Assembly: GCA_032124855.1 (NCBI GenBank)
Contig: JAQBCT010000376.1
Span: 1-53,181, forward strand
Direction: 5' to 3'
DNA length: 53,181 nucleotides
From: Gammaproteobacteria bacterium
GTDB taxonomy: Bacteria; Pseudomonadota; Gammaproteobacteria; Pseudomonadales; Azotimanducaceae
Shown: positions 18,662-27,492 of the stretch, piece by piece
How positions within the stretch are numbered: the first letter of the stretch is position 1
Layout of the letters: each line of letters starts with the position of its first letter
Made by a program: the position numbers and the translations under genes
Notes under the pieces: generated by a model
Told to the model about the DNA's origin: nothing
The model's input: only the letters and a program-made list of their open reading frames with translations
The model's database searches: none

Positions 18662-19126
18662 TCACGCCCCGTCGTGCAGACACTCAAATACCCGATATTC
18701 GACGCCGCTCGGAACCACGCGTCCCTCCGCCACCGCAACAATCGAATTGAGCCAGGCGTACTTCTCGCTGCCGGTTTCGAAACGCGGCTGCGTCATGAAG
18801 TACGTGTCGCCGTAGGCCGTCTCGCGACCCGCTGCGAGCGCGGCGGCTGTCGCTTCGTTGAGCCGCAGCTTGCCGAGATACTGCACGTAGATGAACGCGC
18901 CGTCGTCGGTCTTCAGGGTTGCGCGCACATCCACCTGCAGCACGCCATCGCTGCCCAGCAGATACCAGTCGGCACCGGGGGTTACCACGGCCCCTTTGAG
19001 GCGGGCGCCCTCGAAGGAACCGCCAACCACCTCCGCGATACCGCGTTGGCCGAACGGCGTGGTCCCGACCGCGTCGGCGGGTTGGCGCAGCGTGGCTCGA
19101 AATGTCATCAGGTGATCGAGTTTCAT
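18662..19126 (-). CDS. DUF3237 (UPF0311) family protein
   Basis: ORF 18662..19126. The sequence is typical of DUF3237 by recollection of the family: MKLDHLMTFRATL...TPFGQRGIAEVVGGSFEG.RLKG.V..GADW. Confidence 0.65.
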   Translation of the reverse strand: MKLDHLMTFRATLRQPADAVGTTPFGQRGIAEVVGGSFEGARLKGAVVTPGADWYLLGSDGVLQVDVRATLKTDDGAFIYVQYLGKLRLNEATAAALAAGRETAYGDTYFMTQPRFETGSEKYAWLNSIVAVAEGRVVPSGVEYRVFECLHDGA

Positions 19127-19147
19127 TGGGGGCTCCTTGATGCGGTG

Positions 19148-19975
19148 TTACGGCTTGGAGAATTTCAGCGTCATGCGATCCGACTCACCAATTGCTGCGT
19201 AGCGCGCCACGCATTCGGTCTTCGCCGCGCCTTCGTCCATCGGTTGGCAAACCCTGAGGTTTGGCGGCAGGCTCCACACGCCCGCCGGGTGATCGGCCGA
19301 GTCCTGCGCGTTCGCATTGATTTCCGATCGGCCCATCAGCTTGAAGCCAGCCTTCGCGGCAAGGTCGATGACATACTGCTCCGTGACATACCCAGACTTC
19401 TTCATGACGTCGAGCGACGTGCCTGCCTTGGCGCGGTGTTCGACGATGCCGAGCACGCCACCGGATTTCAACGCGCGATGAAACGCGGCCATCATGGCGT
19501 CCGCGTTGCCGGCGGCCAGCCAGTTGTGCACGTTGCGGAATGTCAGCACGAAGTCGACGCGGCCCGGCGGTGCCATGGTGGAGCGCTGCGGTGCATTCAG
19601 TTCGGTCATTACCACGTGGTCATAGGCCGGCTTGCTGGCCAGCTTGTCCGCCAGCGCGGTGTTCGCCCGGGTCATGTACTGCGCAGCGTCGGGCAGGGTG
19701 GTGGCGAATGCCGCAGCGTAGTACACCCCGCGATCGCGCAGATAGGGTGCCAGTACTTCCACGTACCAGCCGCCGCCGGGCCACACTTCCACGACGGTTG
19801 AATCATCACGCACCCCGAAAAACGTGAGCGTCTGAAGGGGGTGGCGATACCCGTCGCGTGCTGCGTTGGCCGCATCGCGATCGGGGCTGGCGACGGCCTC
19901 CTCGAGCGTAACGGCGTAGCCAAACGGCGCGGTGGTGAGCAGCAGCAATGCAAAACACGTGAGCAATGACTTCAT
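19148..19975 (-). CDS. Class I SAM-dependent methyltransferase with N-terminal signal peptide (COG4798-like)
   Basis: ATG at 19975 (MKSLLTCFALLLLTTAPFGYA) in ORF 19148..20044. Methyltransferase motif I-like block: VVEVWPGGGWYVEVLAP. Confidence 0.7.
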   Translation of the reverse strand: MKSLLTCFALLLLTTAPFGYAVTLEEAVASPDRDAANAARDGYRHPLQTLTFFGVRDDSTVVEVWPGGGWYVEVLAPYLRDRGVYYAAAFATTLPDAAQYMTRANTALADKLASKPAYDHVVMTELNAPQRSTMAPPGRVDFVLTFRNVHNWLAAGNADAMMAAFHRALKSGGVLGIVEHRAKAGTSLDVMKKSGYVTEQYVIDLAAKAGFKLMGRSEINANAQDSADHPAGVWSLPPNLRVCQPMDEGAAKTECVARYAAIGESDRMTLKFSKP

Positions 19976-20045
19976 CGGCAATCCCTGGCTGGTTGAACGG
20001 AATGTGGGGCAGTGTAGCGCGCGCCGCACTATCGAAAAGACCATA

Positions 20046-20076
20046 TTGACTAATAATAAGTACGACTTACTATCAG
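20046..20076 (+). promoter_or_regulatory. Sigma70-like promoter plus imperfect palindromic MarR-type operator
   Basis: TTGACT (20046-20051), a 16-nt spacer, then TACTAT (20068-20073). The imperfect inverted repeat CTAATAATAAGT-ACG-ACTTACTATCAG (20050-20076, 10 of 12 arm positions paired) overlaps the spacer and the -10 element. Confidence 0.4.
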
Positions 20077-20100
20077 CAAGACCTAACCAGATTTGTAGCC

Positions 20101-20568
20101 GTGGACGACAACAATCCGAACGTCAATCTTGGCTTTCTCGTGTCCGACGTGGCGCGCCTGCTTCGCGTGCGATTCAACGCCACGGCCCAGAAGTTAGGGC
20201 TCACTCTGGCCCAGGCCCGCGTGGTGGTGCACCTCTCACGCAACGAAGGCATCAGCCAGGTGGCGCTGTCGGCGATCCTCGAAGTGCAACCGATTACGCT
20301 GCTGCGCCAGATCGACCATCTCGAACGGGCCGGCCTCGTAGTACGGCGAGTCCACCCCACCGACCGGCGCATGCAGCAGCTGTTTCTCACGCCGGCCTCG
20401 CAACCGCTGCTGCAGCAGATCTTCGATGTCGGCACGGATCTGCATTTCGACGCGATGACCGGGCTCGACGCGGCGCAGCGCGCTCAGCTGATTGCGGCCC
20501 TGTCACACGTTCGCGCGAACCTGGCGCAGGCACCGGCGCAAGTCGCCGCGGGTTCCGACAATGGCTGA
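20101..20568 (+). CDS. MarR family transcriptional regulator (EmrR-like)
   Basis: GTG start at 20101. Winged-HTH block: LGLTLAQARVVVHLSRNEGISQVALSAILEVQPITLLRQIDHLERAGLVVR..DPTDRR. Confidence 0.85.
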   Translation: MDDNNPNVNLGFLVSDVARLLRVRFNATAQKLGLTLAQARVVVHLSRNEGISQVALSAILEVQPITLLRQIDHLERAGLVVRRVHPTDRRMQQLFLTPASQPLLQQIFDVGTDLHFDAMTGLDAAQRAQLIAALSHVRANLAQAPAQVAAGSDNG

Positions 20569-21676
20569 AGTACGCCAACTCACAGACGACGGGCACACCC
20601 CGCTGGTGAAGCAGGTGCCGGCTCCGAGTGCGCAGCCGGCGCTGCGCGCGCCGCGCAAACGGCCGTGGCTGTTGTTCGGCATTCCCGCACTGGTGGTGGC
20701 GGCCGCGTCGTATGCGTACCTGCAGGGTGGCCGCTATGTCGAAACCAATAACGCGTACGTGAAGGCGGACAAGGCCATCGTCGCAGCACAGGTCAGTGGC
20801 CGCATCGTCTCCGTGGCAGTCACCGAGAACGAACGCGTCGAGCCAGACCAGGTGCTGTTCACGCTGGATCCGGCACCGTTTCAAGTGGCACTCGACCGGG
20901 CTGACGCTGCGCTGGCGCAAACGCGCAGCGATGTCGCCGCCCTGCAGGTTGCGTATGGCACGGCCCTCGCGGAGATCGAACTGGCCCAGACCAATGTCGA
21001 CTACGCCCAGATCGCCTACAAGCGGCAAACCGATCTGGTGACGCGTCGTCTCGCGGCGGTGTCGGATCTGGATGATGCACACCACTTGCTCGAGTCGGCC
21101 GCTCAACAGGTGGTGGTGGCACGACGTCGCGCCGAACAGATCCTTGCCGACCTGAATGGGGACTCCAACAGTTCAGTTGAGGCGCATCCACGCTACCTGC
21201 ACGCTGCCGCAGATCGCGCCCAGGCAGTACTGGAATTGGAGCACAGCGTGGTCAGGGCACCGTTTGCAGGGATCACCAATAAGAAGCCCGAGATCGGCAA
21301 CTTCGCCGAACGCGGGATGCCGATCATGAGCGTGGTATCCGAACGCAACCTCTGGGTGGAAGCCAATTTCAAGGAAACCGATCTCACCCATCTGCGTGAT
21401 GCGCAGCCCACCGAGGTGACCGTCGATACCTACCCGGGCAAACACTGGTACGGTACGGTGCAGAGCATCAGCGAGGCCACTGGCGCCGAATTCGCCATCC
21501 TCCCCGCGCAGAATGCGACCGGCAACTGGGTGAAAGTGGTGCAGCGCATTGCGGTGCGTGTGGCCATCGACGTCCAGCCAGGCGACCCACCGCTGCGCGC
21601 GGGCATGAGCGCCGAGGTGGTGGTGGATACGGGACACACGCGTACCGTGAAGGATCTGCTGCCGCACTGGCGCTGA
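20561..21676 (+). CDS. emrA: HlyD-family secretion protein / multidrug efflux MFP (EmrA-like)
   Basis: ATG at 20561 in ORF 20492..21676, overlapping the MarR stop by 8 nt. It has an N-terminal TM segment, a coiled-coil region, and a C-terminal block of EmrA type: VDTYPG....G.V.SI...TGAEFA.LP..NATGNW.KVVQR..VR. Confidence 0.85.
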   Translation: MAEVRQLTDDGHTPLVKQVPAPSAQPALRAPRKRPWLLFGIPALVVAAASYAYLQGGRYVETNNAYVKADKAIVAAQVSGRIVSVAVTENERVEPDQVLFTLDPAPFQVALDRADAALAQTRSDVAALQVAYGTALAEIELAQTNVDYAQIAYKRQTDLVTRRLAAVSDLDDAHHLLESAAQQVVVARRRAEQILADLNGDSNSSVEAHPRYLHAAADRAQAVLELEHSVVRAPFAGITNKKPEIGNFAERGMPIMSVVSERNLWVEANFKETDLTHLRDAQPTEVTVDTYPGKHWYGTVQSISEATGAEFAILPAQNATGNWVKVVQRIAVRVAIDVQPGDPPLRAGMSAEVVVDTGHTRTVKDLLPHWR

Positions 21677-21698
21677 GGCAAGCGGTCAGCAAACGGCT

Positions 21699-23210
21699 AT
21701 GAATCAAACCGATTCGCCCGCACTGCGCGCCGTTGTATCTGCCACGATCATGCTGGCCACGATCCTGCAGGCGCTGGACTCCACCATCGCGGCGGTTGCG
21801 CTACCCGATATGCAGGGCACGTTCTCCGCCACGCAGGAACAGGTCTCGTGGGTGCTGACGTCGTACATCGTCGCATCGGCCATCATGACGCCGATGGCCG
21901 GCTATCTGGGCGACCGACTCGGTCGCAAACGGCTTTATCTCATCTCTGTGGCAGGTTTCGTCGGTACTTCGATGTTGTGCGGGCTGGCCACCTCGCTCGA
22001 GGAGATGGTGCTGTTTCGTTTCCTGCAGGGCTGCTTCGGCGCCCCGTTGGTGCCATTGGCCCAGGCCACCATGCTGGATACGTATCCGCCGCATCGCCAC
22101 GGCTCGGCGATGGCGATGTTCGGCATGGGCGTGATGGTCGGTCCGATTCTCGGTCCCAGCCTCGGCGCCTACCTCACCGAGTACTACAACTGGCGCTGGG
22201 TGTTCTATATCAACGTGCCACTGGGCGCGCTCGCCATGCTGGGCATTCAAGCAGCAGTGAAAGATCCTGAACGGGATCGCGAACGCCCGTTCGACATCGC
22301 GGGATTCGCCTATCTCGGCATTGCGATCGCCGCGATGCAACTGATGCTCGACCGCGGCAATTCCCAGCTATGGTTTCAATCCAACGAAATCGTAATCGAA
22401 GGCCTCACAGCCGTGATCTGCCTGTACATGTTCATCGTGCACATCTACACCAAGGCGCGGCCCTTCATCGAACCCGCCATCTTCAAGGACCGCAACTTCA
22501 GCGCCGGCGTGATGTTCATGTTTATTGCCGGACTGAACATGCTGGCCACCATGGCGCTGCTGCCGCCGTTTCTACAGAAGCTGCTGGGCTATCCCGTCAT
22601 GACGACCGGCTGGATTCTCGCGCCGCGTGGATTCGGCACCATGGTGTCGATGTTCGTAGTGGGTCGACTGGTGAATCGCATCGATCCGCGCATTCTGCTG
22701 TTGATCGGTCTGCTGATCACTGCGGGTGCGCTGTGGGATATGTCGCTGTTCACCACGAATGTGAGTTTCACCGAACTGGTGCTGACCGGCGTTGCGCAAG
22801 GCGTCGGCCTCGGTTTTCTGTTCACGCCGGTGAGTGTGCTGAGCTTTGCCACGCTCGAGGCCCGCTACCGCACGGAGGCATCGGGCATCTTCGCGCTGGC
22901 GCGCAACCTGGGCAGCAGCATCGGCGTCGCCGTGCTCACCGGCATGCTGGCGCGCTACGTTGCCGTCAATCGCGCCTGGCTGGTGGAACAGGTGACGCCG
23001 TTCAGCGGCGCGCTGCATCAGAGCGAGGTCGCGAGATATCTCGACCCGAACACCATCGAAGGCCTCACCATGCTGAACGCCACCATCATGCGCGAGGCGA
23101 TGATGCTGGGTTATGCGGATGACTTTCGGGCCATGGTGGTGATCACGTTGTGCGCCGTGCCCATGCTGGCGCTATTGCGGCCGGGCCCGCGCCTGGTGGC
23201 GCCCGCGTGA
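21699..23210 (+). CDS. emrB: MFS transporter, DHA2 (14-TMS) family, EmrB/QacA type
   Basis: ORF 21699..23210. MFS motifs GYLGDRLGRKR and the roughly 14 hydrophobic segments are present. It is operonic with the MarR and EmrA-like genes. Confidence 0.9.
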   Translation: MNQTDSPALRAVVSATIMLATILQALDSTIAAVALPDMQGTFSATQEQVSWVLTSYIVASAIMTPMAGYLGDRLGRKRLYLISVAGFVGTSMLCGLATSLEEMVLFRFLQGCFGAPLVPLAQATMLDTYPPHRHGSAMAMFGMGVMVGPILGPSLGAYLTEYYNWRWVFYINVPLGALAMLGIQAAVKDPERDRERPFDIAGFAYLGIAIAAMQLMLDRGNSQLWFQSNEIVIEGLTAVICLYMFIVHIYTKARPFIEPAIFKDRNFSAGVMFMFIAGLNMLATMALLPPFLQKLLGYPVMTTGWILAPRGFGTMVSMFVVGRLVNRIDPRILLLIGLLITAGALWDMSLFTTNVSFTELVLTGVAQGVGLGFLFTPVSVLSFATLEARYRTEASGIFALARNLGSSIGVAVLTGMLARYVAVNRAWLVEQVTPFSGALHQSEVARYLDPNTIEGLTMLNATIMREAMMLGYADDFRAMVVITLCAVPMLALLRPGPRLVAPA

Positions 23211-23250
23211 ACCATTTCTGAATTGCGCAGGGCTGCAGCACAATGCCGCG

Positions 23251-25578
23251 ATGCACACGCGCGGCCTGATTCTGCAGACCAGCTATCGGATCGCTGCCGG
23301 GCGTGCCGTGGTGCATCTCTTCGGCCGTCTCGAAAGTGGTGAAACCTTTCTTGCACGAGACCAACGCGCGCAGCCGCATTTCTATGTTGCGCAGCGCGAC
23401 GTCGCGCGCGCTCAGGCGCGCGCCGGCATTGCCGCCACGGCCTGCGCACTGAGGGACTTCTCAGGGCGCGCCGTGGCGCGTGTCGAGGTGGCGGTGCCGG
23501 GCGACGTCCCCGGCGTCCGCGATCGCCTGCACGCGGCGGGCATCGACACCTATGAGGCCGATGTGCGCTTCGCCACGCGCTATCTCATCGACCGCGATGT
23601 CCGCGGCGGCTGCGCAATCGAAGGTGAAGCGCAGCGGGGCGACGGCGTCGACTGGGTTTTTGACGATGCGACGATTACGGCGTGCGATGTGGACGTGCGC
23701 CCCTCCGTTCTATCGTTTGATATAGAAACAGACGCCAAGGCCAGCCGGCTGCTCGCCATTTCACTGTATGGCTGCGGTGCGGATGAAGTGTTGATCGTCG
23801 AACCGGGCGGGCGGGCGATGCCAGACCACGCCATCGCGTGCCAGGACGAACGTGCCGCAATTGCGGCGTTCTGTCGCCGGGTGAGCGAACTCGACCCGGA
23901 CATTCTGACGGGCTGGAATGTGGTGGACTTCGATCTCACGGTGCTTGCGCGCATTGCGGCGCGGGTGGGACACCCATTCGACCTGGGCCGCCAGTCGGGT
24001 GCGCTGCGCATCCGTCCCGCACGCGGTTACTTCGGCAGCGGAAGTGCGAACATCCCCGGCCGCGTGGTGCTCGACGGCATCGACCTGGTGCGAGGCGCGT
24101 TCATGCGCTTTGAAGATCATTCACTGGATGCAGTGGCGCGCGTAGTGCTGGGCGAAGGTAAAGCGCTGGCGGGCGAGGTGAGCAACCGTGCCGGCGAAAT
24201 CATGGCGAACTATCTGAGCGACCTGCCGGCGTTTGCGTTGTACGCCCGCACGGATGCGCGCCTTGCCCTGCAGATTCTCGAGAAGCTGGATCTCGTCACG
24301 CTGGCCGTGGCGCGCAGCCGGCTCACCGGCATGACCATGGACCGCGTCGCGGCGAGCATCGCCTCGTTCGACTTTCTGTATCTGGCCGAACTCAACAAGC
24401 GCGGCATCGTGGCACCCAGCGTGCGCACCGACGATGCGCGCGTGCATGCCGCACAAGCCGGCGGGCATGTGCTGGAACCGCGTACCGGTGTGCACAGTCA
24501 TGTATGGGTATTCGATTTCAAGAGTCTCTATCCCAGCATCATCCGCACATTCAACATCGATCCATTGGGTTATGTGGCGGCGCACGATACGGCAGTTGAT
24601 CTGATCGAGACGGAGGGCGGTGCGGCGTTCAGACGCGATCGCGCGATTCTGCCGCAATTGCTCGACGAACTGTTTCCGCGGCGTGAAGCAGCCAAACAGC
24701 GCGGCGACGGCGTGGCATCGCAGGCGATCAAAATTCTGATGAATTCTTTCTATGGTGTGCTGGGCACACCGGCGTGTCGCTTCTACAACCCGGCGCTCGC
24801 CAATGCCATCACAGGGCAGGGGCGTCACCTGCTGTTGTGGACCAAAAGCTGGTTCGAGCGCGCCGGCTACACCGTCCTGTACGGCGACACGGACAGCCTG
24901 TTCGTCGCGTGCGGTGCCAACGACGCTACAGAGGCGGCTGTGCTCGGCGCTGATCTCGCCCAAGCCGTGACGCGCGACGTGGCGGAATATGTGGCTGCGC
25001 GCTGGCGCGTCGCCAGCCGGCTTGAACTGGAGTTTGAAAAGCTCTACTTGAAGCTGTTTCTGCCGTCGGTGCGGCATGGCTCGGCTGGCGCGCGCAAACG
25101 CTACGCCGGGCAGGTATTCGGTGCCGCAGACGGTGTGATCGAATTCGTCGGTATGGAGGTGGTGCGTCGCGACTGGACAGAGCTGGCCAAGCGAGTTCAG
25201 CGCGAGCTGTATCTGCGTCTATTCACGGATCAGCCGGTGGAAAAGTATCTGAAAGACATCGTGCGCCGCGTTCGTGAAGGTGCGCTGGATGGCGAGCTCG
25301 TCTATCGCAAAGGACTGCGTAAATCGCTGCGCGAGTACACCACCAGCACGCCGCCGCACGTCGCCGCCGCGCGCAAGTCCGCGGCGGCACCAGGCCGGCT
25401 CATCTCATACCTGATGACCACCGCGGGACCGGAGCCGCTCGACAATCTGCAGCATCCGCCGGATCGTCAGCACTACGTCGATAAGCAGATCCGCCCCGTC
25501 GCCGAACCGGTGCTGGCGACACTTGGATTCGAATTCGAGCAGGTCATCGGCGACGATCGGCAGATCGGGTTGTTCTAG
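23251..25578 (+). CDS. polB: DNA polymerase II (family B)
   Basis: ORF 23251..25578 (775 aa). Exo motifs: SFDIETD, GWNVVDFDL, YARTDARL. Pol motifs: DFKSLYPSII, KILMNSFYGVLG, YGDTDSLF. Confidence 0.9.
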   Translation: MHTRGLILQTSYRIAAGRAVVHLFGRLESGETFLARDQRAQPHFYVAQRDVARAQARAGIAATACALRDFSGRAVARVEVAVPGDVPGVRDRLHAAGIDTYEADVRFATRYLIDRDVRGGCAIEGEAQRGDGVDWVFDDATITACDVDVRPSVLSFDIETDAKASRLLAISLYGCGADEVLIVEPGGRAMPDHAIACQDERAAIAAFCRRVSELDPDILTGWNVVDFDLTVLARIAARVGHPFDLGRQSGALRIRPARGYFGSGSANIPGRVVLDGIDLVRGAFMRFEDHSLDAVARVVLGEGKALAGEVSNRAGEIMANYLSDLPAFALYARTDARLALQILEKLDLVTLAVARSRLTGMTMDRVAASIASFDFLYLAELNKRGIVAPSVRTDDARVHAAQAGGHVLEPRTGVHSHVWVFDFKSLYPSIIRTFNIDPLGYVAAHDTAVDLIETEGGAAFRRDRAILPQLLDELFPRREAAKQRGDGVASQAIKILMNSFYGVLGTPACRFYNPALANAITGQGRHLLLWTKSWFERAGYTVLYGDTDSLFVACGANDATEAAVLGADLAQAVTRDVAEYVAARWRVASRLELEFEKLYLKLFLPSVRHGSAGARKRYAGQVFGAADGVIEFVGMEVVRRDWTELAKRVQRELYLRLFTDQPVEKYLKDIVRRVREGALDGELVYRKGLRKSLREYTTSTPPHVAAARKSAAAPGRLISYLMTTAGPEPLDNLQHPPDRQHYVDKQIRPVAEPVLATLGFEFEQVIGDDRQIGLF

Positions 25579-26048
25579 CCTGCCGCCTGTGCCTCACCTG
25601 GCTTGCCTTGAGTATCCTGCAGACGCTTCAGTTCTTCCCAGCCGAGATACGAGGTGAAGCCATCGTCATTGAAGAACAGCACCGGACCGTCGCACATGAA
25701 CAGATACTCGGTGTCTTCGAGCGCCGTTGTTGCGCCATGCAACACGCCGTTGGGTTCGTAGACGTGATCGCCTGTGTTGAATATGCCGTCGCGCACCTGA
25801 AGTTTGCCGGACAGCACGAAGGTATGTGAGGCGGCCAGGTGTTTATGCGGCGCCGCGACATAGCCCTTCTTCCATTTCAACAACACGGCCCAGCGGCCGC
25901 TCTCGGGGCCGAGCCAGAGGATTTTCATGTACGCGCGCCCGGGATCGGTTTCGATCCAGGGCATCTTGCTCGACTGTGTAATGGTGTCAGCGAGCCCCGT
26001 GTTCACCGGCGAAATATCCTGCGGTAGTGCCATGGTCGATCTCCTCAA
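25575..26048 (-). CDS. Cupin domain protein (ChrR-like / dihydroxyacetophenone dioxygenase-like cupin)
   Basis: ORF 25575..26048. Cupin-like block with His residues: WKKGYVAAPHKHLAASHTFVLSGKLQV...GDHVYEPNGVLH. Confidence 0.6.
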   Translation of the reverse strand: MRRSTMALPQDISPVNTGLADTITQSSKMPWIETDPGRAYMKILWLGPESGRWAVLLKWKKGYVAAPHKHLAASHTFVLSGKLQVRDGIFNTGDHVYEPNGVLHGATTALEDTEYLFMCDGPVLFFNDDGFTSYLGWEELKRLQDTQGKPGEAQAAG

Positions 26049-26061
26049 AACGTCGGGTCAG

Positions 26062-27075
26062 CTAGATTCTGTAGGTACGCGCCGCGGTGCCGTAGCACAT
26101 CGCGTCGCGTTCATCGGGAGTGAAGTCGGCGACTATCTTCTTCAGGCCGTTCCACAACACGGCGTACGCAATCGACCACTTGTCCACGGGAAAGTTGCTT
26201 TCGAACATACACCGATCGGGGCCGAAGCACTCGATCGTGTGCAGATAGTAGCGTTTCTGCGCACCGACGAATTCATCTGACGAGGGCGGTGTGGCGCGCT
26301 CATGCCAGCCGAAGCCGTTGTCCGGCATGGCCAGGCCGCCGAGTTTCGCCACCACGTTCGGGCACTTCGCGATCTCGGCGATATCCTTCTTCCATCCAGC
26401 GAAGATCGCTTCCCGTTGATCCTTGTAGCGACCCACGCCCAGTGGCGTGCCGAAATGATCGAGCACCATGGTGGTCTCGGGCACGGCACGGGCGAGTGCG
26501 GCGAAATCTGCGTTCTGATGGTGGTAGTGCCAGGTGTCGTAGGTCAGGCCGCGACGGCCGAGCGCGCGAACGCCTGCGCGGAAGTCCTCGCGCGCATACA
26601 GCCCTTCCGGTGCACGACCACCGATTGCGAGATCCCCCGGGTGCGGGTCGCGCGCGCCTGCATCGCGAATGCCGCGAAACAGGTCGCGTCCCGCGTCTTG
26701 GTGTGCATCGAGGACCGCTTCCAGATTTGCGCTGTCGCAGAGGTCGGCGTGGGCAACGATCGCGGCGATGACAGCCTTGCCCTTGCCGCCCTTCGCGCTG
26801 GCTGCGGCGACGCCGGCGACGAATTCGGTTTCACCGATGCAGCGCAGGTGTTCGGGTCCGTCATTGCGATACTCCGAGTGGCATTCAACGAATACGGTTT
26901 TGACAACGTTGTGCCCCGCGCCGGTGTCGCTCGAAAGCTCCGGCAGCAGATACGCACCGACGCCGCGGTCGTGCCAGAGGTGATGATGCGGATCGATGAT
27001 CCGCTGCGCGGGATCGACGATGGGTTCTTCCACCTGCGCGAGCCAGGCAGTGTCGATGGGTTTGAGTGTGGGCAT
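26062..27075 (-). CDS. Amidohydrolase family protein (amidohydrolase-2 / TIM-barrel metal hydrolase)
   Basis: ORF 26062..27075. The N-terminal metal motif IIDPHHHLW is present, and the length is consistent with the PF04909-type fold. Confidence 0.8.
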   Translation of the reverse strand: MPTLKPIDTAWLAQVEEPIVDPAQRIIDPHHHLWHDRGVGAYLLPELSSDTGAGHNVVKTVFVECHSEYRNDGPEHLRCIGETEFVAGVAAASAKGGKGKAVIAAIVAHADLCDSANLEAVLDAHQDAGRDLFRGIRDAGARDPHPGDLAIGGRAPEGLYAREDFRAGVRALGRRGLTYDTWHYHHQNADFAALARAVPETTMVLDHFGTPLGVGRYKDQREAIFAGWKKDIAEIAKCPNVVAKLGGLAMPDNGFGWHERATPPSSDEFVGAQKRYYLHTIECFGPDRCMFESNFPVDKWSIAYAVLWNGLKKIVADFTPDERDAMCYGTAARTYRI

Positions 27076-27150
27076 GAGCTCTCCTGCGTGCGCGGTGTCC
27101 GATCATGCCATCTTCCGCGGAGGATGGGCCACGGCGTCGCAGCGACCTTA

Positions 27151-27266
27151 GTGGGAGGGGTTTCAGCCGCGATCAACTGTCTGATTCCATGAGAATCAAT
27201 CGCGCCTGAAGGCGCTCCCACAAGTTCCAATCAGACTTTTACGACACTCACTGAAGCCCTTCCTAC
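27151..27266. repeat. Composite REP/MITE-like element, about 116 bp (same family as 18513-18630)
   Basis: GTGGGAGGGGTTTCAGCCGCGATC (27151-27174), internal ATCGCGCCTGAAGGCGCTCCCACAAG, and terminal CTGAAGCCCTTCCTAC (27251-27266). The right-hand ~65 bp is near-identical to the element at 18513-18630. Confidence 0.7.
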
Positions 27267-27492
27267 ACAGCTCTCCGCCGCCGAAGCGCGCTACTACAAA
27301 ACAGCGCGGGCGCTCGCGCATGGCAACGACTACGTCGACTGGGGTGGGGTGAGCAAACGAACCATGAATGACTGGGTCAGCGTCAGGGCGCTGACGGCGT
27401 TGCACGCGGCCGCGCCACTGCTGAAGCGGCACGGTCCACTCGGGGTCTCTATTCGTCTATGATCGAACCCGCCAATACGGAGGAATCAAGCC

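Noticed and set aside
23251-25578. Family B DNA polymerase as a possible phage, plasmid or defence-associated polB
   Set aside because: Its length, complete exonuclease and polymerase motifs and chromosomal neighbours fit canonical SOS-type DNA polymerase II. There is no terminal-protein, primase or mobile-element context.
25575-25578. Convergent polB and cupin genes share overlapping stop codons in a CTAG tetranucleotide
   Set aside because: This is real in the sequence, but it is a trivial consequence of compact convergent genes. No structure or signal is associated with it.
27271-27462. Coding-like frame (...AEARYYKTARALAHGNDYVDWGG...GVSIRL-stop) between the REP element and gpx
   Set aside because: The open frame begins only after a stop at 27190-27192, inside the repeat. 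The first in-frame ATG leaves only 32 codons. I recognise no family. It is noted as a probable gene remnant and is not reported as a feature.
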